DNA of 64,000 bases, from the sequence record LC739536.1; one strand, 5' to 3'. This stretch comes from Escherichia phage phiWec187. The notes below the pieces were generated by a model. It saw only the letters and a program-made list of their open reading frames with translations. It was not told the origin of the DNA and ran no database searches. The position numbers were made by a program, and so were the translations under genes. Numbering within the stretch: the stretch's first letter is position 1; every line of letters begins with the position of its first letter. This document shows, piece after piece, positions 1 through 10,578 of the stretch.

Positions 1-1
1 G

Positions 2-1837
2 ATGATCAATGAAGAAATTCGTTGTGTTATTACGACTAATCAATCGAATACAACCCCGCTAACTTGGCCTGTTGTGAAGTCTAGAATGTTTGATCCTAAG
101 TTTTGGACAATAGATTCTCAAGCAACAGAAAGTTGTTCTATTATCTCTAATGGTGATTCTTTCACAGCAAGAATGGTTAATAGGACAGTGGCTGGTCTTG
201 CTGGGATTATTTGGTCAACTTACGATAAATATGATCACAAAGGATTAGGCTACCAAGAACATTCTGATTTAAGTAAAGAAAAACTTTGGTTTAAAATGGA
301 ACTTAGTCAAGGTGTTCCTGGATTAAAAGAAGAAAAATTAATGCCATCCTTAACAGTGACACTGAAGGATGAAACAGTTCATTATATATCTCTAAACTTT
401 TATGCAGAAGAAGTTTCAGAGGACGGTAAAACAGCAATAATCAAATTAGATTTCTCAAATTTAAAATCTGGGCCAGAAAATGATATTGTTGTTGACACTA
501 CACAGATAGATAACATGTTCTTCTCCTTGATTTCCGCAAGGTATCAAGAAATTGAAGATGTTATACCAGTAGACAATATAGATCTTTCCTTTAAGTTTAC
601 CATACTAGAGCCTGATACTGGTTACAGTATGATGAATATGGGTAATTTAAATGTTCCGGCGCACACCATAAGAATGTGTACATCTTATGATGATATGTAT
701 AACCTAACCCCAGAGCGAGTTATTTCTAACACCTATAGATTAGGTTATAGAGATATGATTAACCATTATAATGGTATGTCACACTATTATCAATTTAGTT
801 GGGATGCTGGATCTAATAAATGGGCTTTGAACAGAACAGAATATTTAAACCCAGCAACAGAGGCCTGGTTTGATAATTTCCACGCTAATGCAAAAGCTAT
901 GGGCTACACAGTAATGAACTCCTTAAGTTTTGAAATTATGAGTACAGTGTGTCCTGTAGAATGGGTACAACATACTTGGAATGATGATCTGGCTGCTACA
1001 GGTTATGAGCCACCAAGTTATGTTTTATCTCCTTCAATTGATGAAGGGATGAATTATTTACAAGGTGTAATAAATAAGATAGCTTCTATATCCGCTGCTA
1101 ATGATCTTCCGGTTATTATTCAGGTTGGTGAACCGTGGTGGTGGTATAACACAGCTACCAATCTCCCGTGTATTTATGATTATGCAACCAAAGTTGCATT
1201 TAATAATGAAACTGGATTATATGCACAAGATGTTGGTACAGTTAAGAATTATAAAACTGGTACACCATATGATGAATATTATGCATTCTTATCTAAAACA
1301 TTAGGACTGCGTGTTGCTAAATTTGCAACAGATACTAGATTAGCATATCCTGGAGCAAAAGTTACATTGTTACCATTTGTACCATCCATCTTAGGTAACG
1401 GTATGATGGAATTTGTTAACTTCCCTAAAGATTATTATATCCCAGAAAACTTTGACTTTTATTGTTCAGAATGTTATGACTGGTTGTTGGAAGGTCAGAT
1501 GGAAAGATCTTTCGATGCTATCACAATACCTAATGAACAATTAGGTTTTAGTTATGATAAGATACATTATCTTGCAGGGTTTGTTCCAGATGCAACTCTA
1601 GCACCATTATATGGCTTTGATCCTGAATCAGACTACAGAACATATTTGTGGAAAATGATTATAGGTAATATTGTATTGAATGACCAGAGGTTTGTTGGTT
1701 TGTATCAATACATATGGGCTTATCCACAAATTATGGCAGATTCATTAACTGTTCTTAATTCAAAATCCCAAGTTTTTTATATGGGTAACGTACCTCTGAA
1801 TGTCTTTTTACAAGATACAGTATATGTTTCTTCTTAA
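2..1837 (+). CDS. virion structural protein, putative tail/baseplate component; may be 5'-truncated by the window edge
   Basis: 611-aa ORF heading a co-oriented block of tail-fibre and baseplate-like genes; no recognisable catalytic motif; ATG at 2 may be internal. Confidence 0.45.
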   Translation: MINEEIRCVITTNQSNTTPLTWPVVKSRMFDPKFWTIDSQATESCSIISNGDSFTARMVNRTVAGLAGIIWSTYDKYDHKGLGYQEHSDLSKEKLWFKMELSQGVPGLKEEKLMPSLTVTLKDETVHYISLNFYAEEVSEDGKTAIIKLDFSNLKSGPENDIVVDTTQIDNMFFSLISARYQEIEDVIPVDNIDLSFKFTILEPDTGYSMMNMGNLNVPAHTIRMCTSYDDMYNLTPERVISNTYRLGYRDMINHYNGMSHYYQFSWDAGSNKWALNRTEYLNPATEAWFDNFHANAKAMGYTVMNSLSFEIMSTVCPVEWVQHTWNDDLAATGYEPPSYVLSPSIDEGMNYLQGVINKIASISAANDLPVIIQVGEPWWWYNTATNLPCIYDYATKVAFNNETGLYAQDVGTVKNYKTGTPYDEYYAFLSKTLGLRVAKFATDTRLAYPGAKVTLLPFVPSILGNGMMEFVNFPKDYYIPENFDFYCSECYDWLLEGQMERSFDAITIPNEQLGFSYDKIHYLAGFVPDATLAPLYGFDPESDYRTYLWKMIIGNIVLNDQRFVGLYQYIWAYPQIMADSLTVLNSKSQVFYMGNVPLNVFLQDTVYVSS

Positions 1838-1848
1838 GGATCTCTAGT

Positions 1849-2094
1849 ATGAGAAAATTTTTAATAGGTATGTTTTGTACATATCCTGATAATAAAGTCA
1901 GTTCTACTAAAGTTTGGAATGCTATTGGTATGATTGTTATGTCCAGTATGTTTATTTATTTGGGAATTGATAAAGAAATTCCTGAATGGATGGGCTGGGC
2001 TTTTGTTTTTATGATCACACCATCCAGACTGATGAAGAATTTAATAGATTTACGTTGGGGCAGATCACCTGCCCCTGATAAGGAGGATAACTAA
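1849..2094 (+). CDS. small hydrophobic protein
   Basis: 81-aa ORF with a hydrophobic core (MIVMSSMFIYLGI, WMGWAFVFMI); stop overlaps the next start (TAATG). Confidence 0.35.
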   Translation: MRKFLIGMFCTYPDNKVSSTKVWNAIGMIVMSSMFIYLGIDKEIPEWMGWAFVFMITPSRLMKNLIDLRWGRSPAPDKEDN

Positions 2095-3581
2095 TGGCAG
2101 ATTATGGTTTAACAGATGCTGGTTTTGTCATTCCAACGTTTGATGATATTTTAAATAATTATATGACAGCATTGAAAAACACTTTCGGTGCAGATACAGC
2201 TACATCTGAAGATACTGTCTTTGGTCAACTGTTTCGTATTATTGCATATACAGATTACACCCTTTGGGAAGGTATGCAAGGTGTTTACAATACCCAAACC
2301 TTAGATGGTGCAGAAGGTATTTATCTTGATGAAATTTTCTCTAAAAGGGGTTTTTATCGTAAAGCTGCTTCTGCTGGTAGTGGTTATGCTTATGTTAAAT
2401 CTAACAATAAGGCAGCTTGGACTTATGAGCTAAGCACAGATGTTTATTTTAATGCCGATAACGATTTGACATATTATGTCAGTGCACCAACAATGTTGAA
2501 TGCTAAGATTGGAGCATATACCATTTCTAAAGCAAACGCAACAGCTTCTGGTGAAACTTCTATTACTTTCTACATTCAAAGTGCTATTGACGGTGGTCTT
2601 AACAGTAAAACACTAAGTCCTAGCAATACAAACTTTATTTTAGATCTCACGAATTTCATTAAAGCTAACGTATCAACAACAGATCGTGCTTTAGTATGGA
2701 ATGATGCTAGTAATGTTTACATGGGTTATAATCCAGAAGATAATGTTAACCCAATAGGTTTAGTAACACCAGTGAAATTTTACGCATCTATTGCAATAGG
2801 TACAAAATGGAGTGAAATTCCAGTTACGTGTTCAGACGTTGGTTATAATCCAGTAGGTACAGAAAGTATCACAGGTATTTCTTCAACGTTTACAGGCTTT
2901 TTAGATACAGGTAACTTCTATCCATTCTCTCCAGGTACAGATGTTGAAACAGATGCAGAATTCCGTTCTCGTTTCAATGATAATATGGATGAAGCTAATG
3001 CTGCTACTCGTGCTGCTATTGTTAAAGCTCTGCTACTGACAGATGGTGTGACAAAGGTTAAGATTTATGATAACCCTACATTACATGATCAGGAACATGC
3101 TCCAGCTATGACATTCCAGACTATTGTGTATGGTGGTACAGCAGAAGAAGTTGCACAGGTTATTTATAATACTAAACCTATTAACACCTTAACCTATGGT
3201 ACAACAGCAATTACTATCGTAACAGAAGATGGCGGTCAAGAAGTAATTCGTTTTTCTCCTGGTGACAATGCTGAATATTCACTTAAACTGATATATCAAA
3301 CTGGCAATGGTAGTGTGTTAAGTACAACAGAAAGAGAAAATATTGTTTCTGCTCTTTCAAACCTACAGGCTTATTTTGAGTTAGGGTCAACAGTAACTAA
3401 CGATCAGATAAAAGGTGTAATTTATTCTGCACTTGCGTTCGGACGCTTGACTTCTCTCCGTGTTTATGTTAAACTTAATACTGAGGATGACAGTAAATAT
3501 AATGAGGGAGATATCACTCCAGCGTACAATGTTGTACCATCCTTTGACCTTGATAATATTTCCTACGAGTACGGAGTCTAA
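2094..3581 (+). CDS. putative baseplate protein (gpJ/gp6-like position)
   Basis: 495-aa ORF directly upstream of the fibre genes, translationally coupled; assigned by position only. Confidence 0.4.
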   Translation: MADYGLTDAGFVIPTFDDILNNYMTALKNTFGADTATSEDTVFGQLFRIIAYTDYTLWEGMQGVYNTQTLDGAEGIYLDEIFSKRGFYRKAASAGSGYAYVKSNNKAAWTYELSTDVYFNADNDLTYYVSAPTMLNAKIGAYTISKANATASGETSITFYIQSAIDGGLNSKTLSPSNTNFILDLTNFIKANVSTTDRALVWNDASNVYMGYNPEDNVNPIGLVTPVKFYASIAIGTKWSEIPVTCSDVGYNPVGTESITGISSTFTGFLDTGNFYPFSPGTDVETDAEFRSRFNDNMDEANAATRAAIVKALLLTDGVTKVKIYDNPTLHDQEHAPAMTFQTIVYGGTAEEVAQVIYNTKPINTLTYGTTAITIVTEDGGQEVIRFSPGDNAEYSLKLIYQTGNGSVLSTTERENIVSALSNLQAYFELGSTVTNDQIKGVIYSALAFGRLTSLRVYVKLNTEDDSKYNEGDITPAYNVVPSFDLDNISYEYGV

Positions 3582-3583
3582 AA

Positions 3584-4213
3584 ATGGCAGTGAGTGTTGA
3601 CCATGTGACAACGTGGGATAGTATCAATGAAGATGTTAAAGACCTACTGATTGAAGATTTTAAATCTTCTCCGAACATTGTCAAACTACTCTATATCATT
3701 TCTAGCGAAAAACAAAAGATAGATCAGGCAATGATCTATCTTGCCAAACACCGCTTGATCTCTACTGCAACTGGTAAGTATTTAGATCTTATTGGTGAAG
3801 AGATGGGGATGGAAAGAAATGGTGCTACAGATGAAGAGTATCGTACAATATTAAAAATCAGGGCTTATCGTGTTGCGTCTTCTGGTACGCGAGATGATAT
3901 CATTGATATGTTCGCTCGTTTTACAGGAACAGAAAAAGAAACGATCAATACATACGTTGGATTAAATAAAACATTCGACGTATTCTTTTATAATTTGTGT
4001 CTACAATCCGATCAGGCAGTAGCACAGTTACTTAACGTTTTCCCGATCCTAAGTAGTTATCGCTTAGGTGCGAAAGCGGGTTCAGCCTTTGGTTTCACTT
4101 CCTATTATGCCACAACTCCACCTCATGGCATAGGTGGTTTAGGTTCTCTTTACACAGAGGCTGAAGGAGATGATACAGGGCGAATGACTATGCTGATAGC
4201 TCAAATAGAATAA
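3584..4213 (+). CDS. putative baseplate/tail protein
   Basis: 209-aa ORF 3 nt after the preceding stop; sits between baseplate-like and fibre genes. Confidence 0.4.
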   Translation: MAVSVDHVTTWDSINEDVKDLLIEDFKSSPNIVKLLYIISSEKQKIDQAMIYLAKHRLISTATGKYLDLIGEEMGMERNGATDEEYRTILKIRAYRVASSGTRDDIIDMFARFTGTEKETINTYVGLNKTFDVFFYNLCLQSDQAVAQLLNVFPILSSYRLGAKAGSAFGFTSYYATTPPHGIGGLGSLYTEAEGDDTGRMTMLIAQIE

Positions 4214-4226
4214 GGAGTTACCCTTA

Positions 4227-5207
4227 ATGGCAAAGCCACAATACTACCCTGACTGGGCGACACAAACAGTAACCCTCCCAGGAACGGGAAACACAAACAA
4301 GATTAGACCAAAAGAAACCATCCGTAATGTTGGTATGGACTTTGGTCAGATTATGACTTGTGAAGAAATGAACTGGATCTTAAACAATATTGGGTCTTGG
4401 ATTCGCTATATGCAAGATGAATTCTTCCCAACATTGCCTACTACATATCTTCCTATAGTCGGTACTAAAATTACAATGGCAGGTGATGCTACAGGTGAAG
4501 TTACATGGAATGGTAATGCTGCTGTAACATTATCTATTCAAGTAGTAGATAACAGTCATAATCACTTATCAGCTAACATTACAGACGCAACATCGAACCA
4601 AGTTGTAGGAAATGTCCTTGTTAAGCGTGATAATGGTGGTGCTATCTATGCAGGTGATATTTACACTTGTGGTACAGGTGCTACAGATCCTGCAACATTA
4701 TTTTTTAGAAACTATAATGGACAAACAGTAGGCAATATGTCTTCTGAACCAGGTGCAGGTGGTCAACTCTATATTTATAGAATAAATCCATCTACTGGAG
4801 GAACATCTTGTGGAGTCCGTTTGTATGATGCAGGTTATGTTTTAATAGACAATCCTCGTTCTAATTCTGGTCAAGATACTGGCAATGGTAATGCTCTTGT
4901 AAGATTAGATTATCTTAACTCAAGACTAAACTCATTGCAAAGTACACTGCAAAATAATATTAACAACGTTAATAGCAACTTGCAAGGCCAAATTAATAAC
5001 ATTAACAATAGAGTTTCTTCTGTTGTGTCTTCTATCCGTCTAGGTACACGTATTAAAGCTGGTGTATCTGAATCTCCTTTCTATGCTGGTCACGTGATCA
5101 CAGGTTGGGGTTTTGGTGATAAGAAAGAACTTCGTGGTGCTTGGTATTGGTCTGCTCCGCTACAATATTACATTAATGGTAGGTGGATAACAGTAACCAA
5201 CGTTTAG
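4227..5207 (+). CDS. tail fibre protein (short fibre)
   Basis: Gly/Thr/Asn-rich beta-type sequence with a C-terminal heptad-like segment (LNSRLNSLQSTLQNNINNVNSNLQGQINNINNRV); RBS AAGGAG upstream. Confidence 0.5.
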   Translation: MAKPQYYPDWATQTVTLPGTGNTNKIRPKETIRNVGMDFGQIMTCEEMNWILNNIGSWIRYMQDEFFPTLPTTYLPIVGTKITMAGDATGEVTWNGNAAVTLSIQVVDNSHNHLSANITDATSNQVVGNVLVKRDNGGAIYAGDIYTCGTGATDPATLFFRNYNGQTVGNMSSEPGAGGQLYIYRINPSTGGTSCGVRLYDAGYVLIDNPRSNSGQDTGNGNALVRLDYLNSRLNSLQSTLQNNINNVNSNLQGQINNINNRVSSVVSSIRLGTRIKAGVSESPFYAGHVITGWGFGDKKELRGAWYWSAPLQYYINGRWITVTNV

Positions 5208-5219
5208 TAAGGAGAACAC

Positions 5220-5771
5220 ATGAAAAAAGATGTTATTTACACTGGCTTTGAACTATATCAACCAGAATTGACAGAAGAAAATGTCATCTATCTTTCAATA
5301 GGTGCTGGTTTTCTTAAAGATAAAGATGGTAATGATTGGTACGAAATTCAGAAATATTTATCCAAAAATTACCCTGATGCCTATTTCTTAACTCTAGATC
5401 ACAACAATGTAGTTGTTGCAGCTACGAAAGATGTTTCTACATATTTTCCCGCTGGTCTTACTGTTCTTGTAACATACAATGTTCCAGATAAAATAGAAGA
5501 AGAAAGCAACCTAGGGTCGTGGAGATATGACAATGGTAAGTTTATTTCTCATAATGGGTTTGCAATAGAAGATGCCAACCTTAAAATGGAAAAAGAATTA
5601 ACTTGGGCCACAAATCAAATATCTGCAATTCAAGATTTAGAGGAATTACAAGGTTTATCTGAAGAACAAAAAGATTGGTTAGGAAAAGTTAAACTCTATC
5701 GTGCAACATTAATTCAAATTAACGTTGAAGATGCACCTAATATAACTTGGCCTACAAGACCTAAGAAATAG
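5220..5771 (+). CDS. tail fibre assembly chaperone (Tfa-like)
   Basis: C-terminal DWLGKVKLYRATLIQINVEDAPNITWPTRP matches the Tfa C-terminal signature (W..YR..L..V......WP..P); directly follows a fibre gene. Confidence 0.6.
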   Translation: MKKDVIYTGFELYQPELTEENVIYLSIGAGFLKDKDGNDWYEIQKYLSKNYPDAYFLTLDHNNVVVAATKDVSTYFPAGLTVLVTYNVPDKIEEESNLGSWRYDNGKFISHNGFAIEDANLKMEKELTWATNQISAIQDLEELQGLSEEQKDWLGKVKLYRATLIQINVEDAPNITWPTRPKK

Positions 5772-5780
5772 GGGCAATGT

Positions 5781-6122
5781 ATGGAGCTAACAGAAGTATG
5801 GGATATCGCTAAAGAGGCGATTATCCCTCTTATTGGCGTAATCTGGGTGGTCTTCAAACAGAAGATAGATGATATGGCAAGTGATTTGGATAAAATGGAA
5901 GACAAATACCGCGAACTAGAAAAGAAGTTGGTGTTTGTTGAATCCACTTATGCTACCAAAGCAGAACTTGCTCAAATGCTTAACCAGATCAACTCTACAT
6001 TAATGGCAAATAATACTGCCTTAGAACAGAAGATTGAAAAAATAATGGATTTAAAAAATGCTCCTGTTCAATTAATGCTAGAGGAGATTACAAAGCGCAC
6101 ACAAAGTAAGGACAAAAATTAA
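5781..6122 (+). CDS. hypothetical protein (N-terminal hydrophobic helix plus coiled coil)
   Basis: 113-aa ORF; IIPLIGVIWVVF hydrophobic stretch then charged helical region; stop overlaps next start. Confidence 0.4.
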   Translation: MELTEVWDIAKEAIIPLIGVIWVVFKQKIDDMASDLDKMEDKYRELEKKLVFVESTYATKAELAQMLNQINSTLMANNTALEQKIEKIMDLKNAPVQLMLEEITKRTQSKDKN

Positions 6123-8536
6123 TGGCGAATTTTCCAACATATCCTGCTACGACACTAGAACAAGGTGTTGATCTGGTTATATTCTCGTCTAACCAGATGC
6201 ATGATGTTATTAATGGGGATGCTACAGCAACTGTAGAAACCGAAACAGGTTTAATACCTACACTGCGTAAAGCACTTGTTGATAACTTCTTCTTTAAGAG
6301 TCCTGTTGCTTGGTCAGCAGGATCAACTGAAACTGTATTTAACCAGTTACGTTATTTTGAAAACGGTATCTTGAGTGGGTACTATTATGCCCCATCTGCC
6401 ACTACTGCGAACCCTGTACCTATGCAGGGCACACCTGTAGGGGACAGTAACTGGACTCTGTACGCTCTTAAAACTGAACAGTTAGCTTCAGATGTGTATC
6501 CTTGGTATTTTAAAGGTGCTACAGGATATGAAACAGAAATCAGTCCTCCTTATATCTTTGATAATGCTATTGTCACCATTAACGGTGTAATTCAGATTCA
6601 AGGTGAAGCATTTACTATCAAAGATAGTAAAATTATTCTGGCAGAACCATTAGGTTTAGATCCGTCTACTGGTCTACCTAACAAATTGTTTGCTTTTATT
6701 GGTAAAACAACAGCTTCTACTTCTTACGTAGAGAAAAACCTTTTGTCATCTACTACTGGTGCAGCAATGGTTGGTCTTCCATCTGGAGGCAACCTGTTAC
6801 AAGCTCAATACTTTGTAACGCCTGAGCAGTTTGGTGCAATTGGTGATGGAGTTACCGATGATACTCAAGCAATTTTAAAAACTATCACTTTCGCTAACAC
6901 GAATAACATTCAAGTACGTGCAGATAAGAATTATAGATTCACAAGCTCAATTGCTATGTCTGGTATTCGTTGGTATGGTGGTACATTCACTGGTAACGGT
7001 GGAACAATGATTTCTACTGTGTCCTGTTGGATGGAAAACGTTCGCTTTGAAAAATGTTATGTTAAGATGTTAGGTGGTGATTGCCGATTCTATCGTAATA
7101 TCTTCTCCAACGCAACATCTACAGCAGCATTCTTAATGCAAGCAATGACAAGTGAAGGTACGTTGGACTTCAGTTACAACGAAATGTATGGTTGTAAATA
7201 TGCGATCCTGCAACAAGGTACTGGAGAAGTAATGACCTACGGGCGTTACTCTAACAACTATATTCACGATATCAAAGGTGATGCTATTGAACTTAACGTA
7301 GTTCAAAAACACTACACTGAAGGTTTGATTATCGAGAATAACCACATTGCTAACGTAGATGCTTCTGGACAAGGTGCAAACTGGGGTATTGGTATTGGTG
7401 TAGCAGGTAGTGGCCCATATGGTGTTGATGTTCCTGATTCACAATATGTACGTAATTTCAGTATCGTTGGGAATAGGGTTTACAATTGCCGTCAATGTTT
7501 ACACGTTGAAATGGGTAAAAACTTCACAATACGTGATAATGAAGTTTATCCTAACACAGCAGTTTCAACAGGTACAGGTTTAACTACTTGTGGTGTTGCA
7601 TTATACGGATGCCAAGATTTTGAAGTTGATGGTTTAACTGGTTATCTGCTCAATGATCCGTCTGTTTCAACACGTATGGTCTTTATTGACTGGGGTGTTA
7701 ACAGTGGAAGATATGCGGGGCCACCAATTAACTTTACAATTAAGAATTTGGATATTCCAGAATCTTCAATTGAGATTGCAACATCTGGATCAGATGCCTG
7801 GGAAAACTCTACAATTGTTAGTAATATCAATTGTAATATTTTTAAATGGCGTGGGCTACCATCTAGCTCTACCTTTAATAATATTCGTTGCCGTAGTATT
7901 GACTTTATTGGTCAACACGGAAGCGGAGAAGGAAGTGGTGGCGGTTTCTATACTCGCAGCCAATTCACGTATATGAAGTGGGTAGGATGTACAGCACTTA
8001 GCGGAGATGAAACAACAGTTTCTTTTGCTAAAATCTACACTGATCGTTGCGATCAGGTTGGAAATAACTTTGGTGTTCCAACTGCTGTTGATGGTACAGG
8101 TCATCGTGGGCCAGTTTTAACTACTATTTCTGAACAATATTTTACAGCTTATGATGAATTCCCAGGTGGGCGTGAATTCCCTACTGGAACAGTTATTCAT
8201 TGTGCAAGCGGTAAAAAACATGTTGTTACAGTAGGTGGTGCTTTCTTTAGTGACAACGAGAAAATAAAAGCAACTGTTACAGGTCAAACCTATCTACAGT
8301 CTAATGCTTTAAACTGGGCTAGTAATGGCTACGCTAAAGCAGCAGGTACTAAGATTGTTATTCCAGGTGCAGGTGCAAATGGCGGCGATCTTGTGACAAC
8401 TATAGCACGTGCTACATATGTGACAAATAGTTTGTACACAATAGATATTGCAGATCCAATTGTAACACCTACAGCAGAGAATACACAAATTAAAGCTCTG
8501 AATCCTGTTACTTTTGTTACTGTCAATAATGCTTAA
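6122..8536 (+). CDS. tailspike with right-handed parallel beta-helix (putative polysaccharide depolymerase)
   Basis: 804 aa; repeated beta-helix-like turns (NNHIANVDASGQGANWGIGIGVAGSG, VGNRVYNCRQCLHVEMGKNFTIRDNEVY); terminator follows. Confidence 0.7.
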   Translation: MANFPTYPATTLEQGVDLVIFSSNQMHDVINGDATATVETETGLIPTLRKALVDNFFFKSPVAWSAGSTETVFNQLRYFENGILSGYYYAPSATTANPVPMQGTPVGDSNWTLYALKTEQLASDVYPWYFKGATGYETEISPPYIFDNAIVTINGVIQIQGEAFTIKDSKIILAEPLGLDPSTGLPNKLFAFIGKTTASTSYVEKNLLSSTTGAAMVGLPSGGNLLQAQYFVTPEQFGAIGDGVTDDTQAILKTITFANTNNIQVRADKNYRFTSSIAMSGIRWYGGTFTGNGGTMISTVSCWMENVRFEKCYVKMLGGDCRFYRNIFSNATSTAAFLMQAMTSEGTLDFSYNEMYGCKYAILQQGTGEVMTYGRYSNNYIHDIKGDAIELNVVQKHYTEGLIIENNHIANVDASGQGANWGIGIGVAGSGPYGVDVPDSQYVRNFSIVGNRVYNCRQCLHVEMGKNFTIRDNEVYPNTAVSTGTGLTTCGVALYGCQDFEVDGLTGYLLNDPSVSTRMVFIDWGVNSGRYAGPPINFTIKNLDIPESSIEIATSGSDAWENSTIVSNINCNIFKWRGLPSSSTFNNIRCRSIDFIGQHGSGEGSGGGFYTRSQFTYMKWVGCTALSGDETTVSFAKIYTDRCDQVGNNFGVPTAVDGTGHRGPVLTTISEQYFTAYDEFPGGREFPTGTVIHCASGKKHVVTVGGAFFSDNEKIKATVTGQTYLQSNALNWASNGYAKAAGTKIVIPGAGANGGDLVTTIARATYVTNSLYTIDIADPIVTPTAENTQIKALNPVTFVTVNNA

Positions 8537-8540
8537 TTAA

Positions 8541-8562
8541 AAAGGGGCGAAAGCCCCTTTAT
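8541..8562 (+). terminator. rho-independent terminator after the tailspike gene
   Basis: aggggc-gaaa-gcccct hairpin followed by TT/A-rich tract. Confidence 0.6.
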
Positions 8563-8577
8563 AAAAGGAGTAGTAAA

Positions 8578-10539
8578 GTGATTTTAACACGTCCAAATAG
8601 TGCCATTGCAGACATGGTAGAGTCTCGCTATAGAAAGCGTAGAAGTTTTGCAAGTGGTTTTACCTTAAGAGATGCTCGTGAAGCATTGCTCTTTGAAACT
8701 GACGGTAACTACTATCAGTGGAAAGGTTCTCTACCTAAAGTTGTACCTGCTAACTCTACTCCTACATCTACTGGAGGGATTTCAGATACAGCTTGGAAAA
8801 ATGTGGGTAATGCAGATGACATTGCTCAAATAGAATCAGAATTAGATGCTATTGAAGCTGAAATTGAAGATCTTAGAGAATCCATTCCAGAGGCTGGTAA
8901 ATCAGCTTACCAGATTGCCGTAGACAATGGTTTCCAAGGTACTGAGACAGAGTGGTTGGCTTCTTTAAAAGGTGATCCAGGTGCTCCATTAAAGCTACTA
9001 GGGACGCTATCTAATACCAACCAATTACCTACAACTGGAAACAATGCAGGGGATGCATGGATTGTAGGCGAGAATATGTATGCTTGGGATGGTACTGCTT
9101 GGAGAAAAGTAAACTCACAGGGGCCAGAAGGTAAATCTGCTTATGAAGTATGGCTTGCAGCAGGAAACGAAGGTACAGAACTAGATTATCTTGCCGCAAT
9201 TAAAGGTGATAAAGGGGAGCCTGGCCCAGAGGGGCCACAAGGTGTGCCAGGTAATAATGCTAATGGTTTTGATTACCAAGGCGCAGCTAATTCCGTTTCA
9301 GATCTTCCTTCTGCATCTCCTGGAAACACATCTCAAGCATGGAGTATTGGTACATATCTATACGTGTCAAACGGTGTAGAATGGATCAATATGGGCGCTA
9401 TAGTGGGGCCAAAAGGAGATAAAGGCGACAAAGGAGATAAGGGTAACACTGGTGATTCAGCTTATCAAGTCTGGTTAAATGCTGGTAACGTTGGTACTAT
9501 TGACGAATATATTGCCTCTCTGAAAGGAGAAAAAGGTGATAAGGGAGACAAGGGTGATCAAGGTGAACAGGGTATACAAGGCTTGACGGGGCCAACTGGT
9601 GCAGGGTTGACCATTATTGACATTCTGACTAGCACTTCTGAACTACCACAAACTGGAGAAGATGGCGATGGTTATCTGATCAATAATGAACTTTGGGTCT
9701 GGTTGCAAGGAGCCACAGAGTGGACAAATGTTGGTCGTTTAGCTGGTACTCCAATCACTGCAAAAGGACACGTTGCGTCTGCAAGTGCACTTCCTCCTAC
9801 AGCCAATTACGGTGATGCTTATCTGACGGAAGATACAGGTCATCTTTACATTTACACCTATGATGAACAAACTCAAACTGCTGAATATGTAGATATGGGT
9901 AGTTTGAAAGGTGATAAGGGTGAAAAAGGTGACGCTGGTACTAACGGTACAGACGGTGCAACTTGGATTGTTAAAACAACAGATCCAATCTCTAGTGATG
10001 GTAAACAAGGTGATTATGCCTTTAATATCTCCACTGGCGAGGTGTTCTTAAAAACATCTGCAACTATCTGGACTTCTCAAGGTACACTACCTAGTATCAC
10101 AGATGCACCTAGTGATGGTAAGACTTATGCTCGTAAAGATGGAGCATGGGAAGAACTCACTAATTCTGTAGATGGTCAAGATATAGTTCCAACAAAAGTA
10201 ACAACTAATTTTATAGAGGTTACAGCATATACTAACAATTCTGTTACAGGGGACTGGACACCTCCAGGAACACATAACATGAATGTGTTGAATCTTACTG
10301 GTAACTCTACTATAAAAGCATGGCCTGGTGTCGAAGATAGCACAAAACCTAAACCATTCTCTGCAATAGTTTATCTTATCCAAGATGCCACTGGAGGTCG
10401 TACTGTTACTTTAGATCCATCTTACAAAGTAATTGGTTCCAGTGATATTAATACAGATCCTAACGGAGTAACAATACTACAACTAACATATTGTGGTGTT
10501 GGCGATTACGTGGATGCTATTGTTGCTAAACGCACATAA
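8578..10539 (+). CDS. tail fibre with collagen-like G-X-Y repeats and phage fibre repeats
   Basis: GDKGEPGPEGPQGVPG, GPKGDKGDKGDKGNTGDS, GEKGDKGDKGDQGEQGIQGLTGPTG; three copies of the SAYQVWL..G..GT..EY.ASLKG unit; GTG start after AAAAGGAG. Confidence 0.75.
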   Translation: MILTRPNSAIADMVESRYRKRRSFASGFTLRDAREALLFETDGNYYQWKGSLPKVVPANSTPTSTGGISDTAWKNVGNADDIAQIESELDAIEAEIEDLRESIPEAGKSAYQIAVDNGFQGTETEWLASLKGDPGAPLKLLGTLSNTNQLPTTGNNAGDAWIVGENMYAWDGTAWRKVNSQGPEGKSAYEVWLAAGNEGTELDYLAAIKGDKGEPGPEGPQGVPGNNANGFDYQGAANSVSDLPSASPGNTSQAWSIGTYLYVSNGVEWINMGAIVGPKGDKGDKGDKGNTGDSAYQVWLNAGNVGTIDEYIASLKGEKGDKGDKGDQGEQGIQGLTGPTGAGLTIIDILTSTSELPQTGEDGDGYLINNELWVWLQGATEWTNVGRLAGTPITAKGHVASASALPPTANYGDAYLTEDTGHLYIYTYDEQTQTAEYVDMGSLKGDKGEKGDAGTNGTDGATWIVKTTDPISSDGKQGDYAFNISTGEVFLKTSATIWTSQGTLPSITDAPSDGKTYARKDGAWEELTNSVDGQDIVPTKVTTNFIEVTAYTNNSVTGDWTPPGTHNMNVLNLTGNSTIKAWPGVEDSTKPKPFSAIVYLIQDATGGRTVTLDPSYKVIGSSDINTDPNGVTILQLTYCGVGDYVDAIVAKRT

Positions 10540-10542
10540 TCA

Positions 10543-10567
10543 AAGCCCCTTCTGGGGCTTATTATTT
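10543..10567 (+). terminator. rho-independent terminator after the collagen-like fibre gene
   Basis: aagcccc-ttct-ggggctt followed by attattt. Confidence 0.6.
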
Positions 10568-10578
10568 AAGGAGATTAA

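Noticed and set aside
1101-1304. Short ORFs nested inside or antisense to long genes (for example 1101-1304, 3387-3611, 7133-7372, 9739-10008, 17155-17406, 21293-21675, 38561-38847)
   Set aside because: Each lies wholly within a long, motif-supported gene in another frame or strand, has no RBS or promoter context, and often has low-complexity translation; treated as spurious.
9400-9600. Repetitive DNA in the collagen-like fibre gene as a possible CRISPR or tandem repeat array
   Set aside because: The repeats are in-frame G-X-Y (GDKGDKGDKG) coding repeats with no spacer/repeat alternation.
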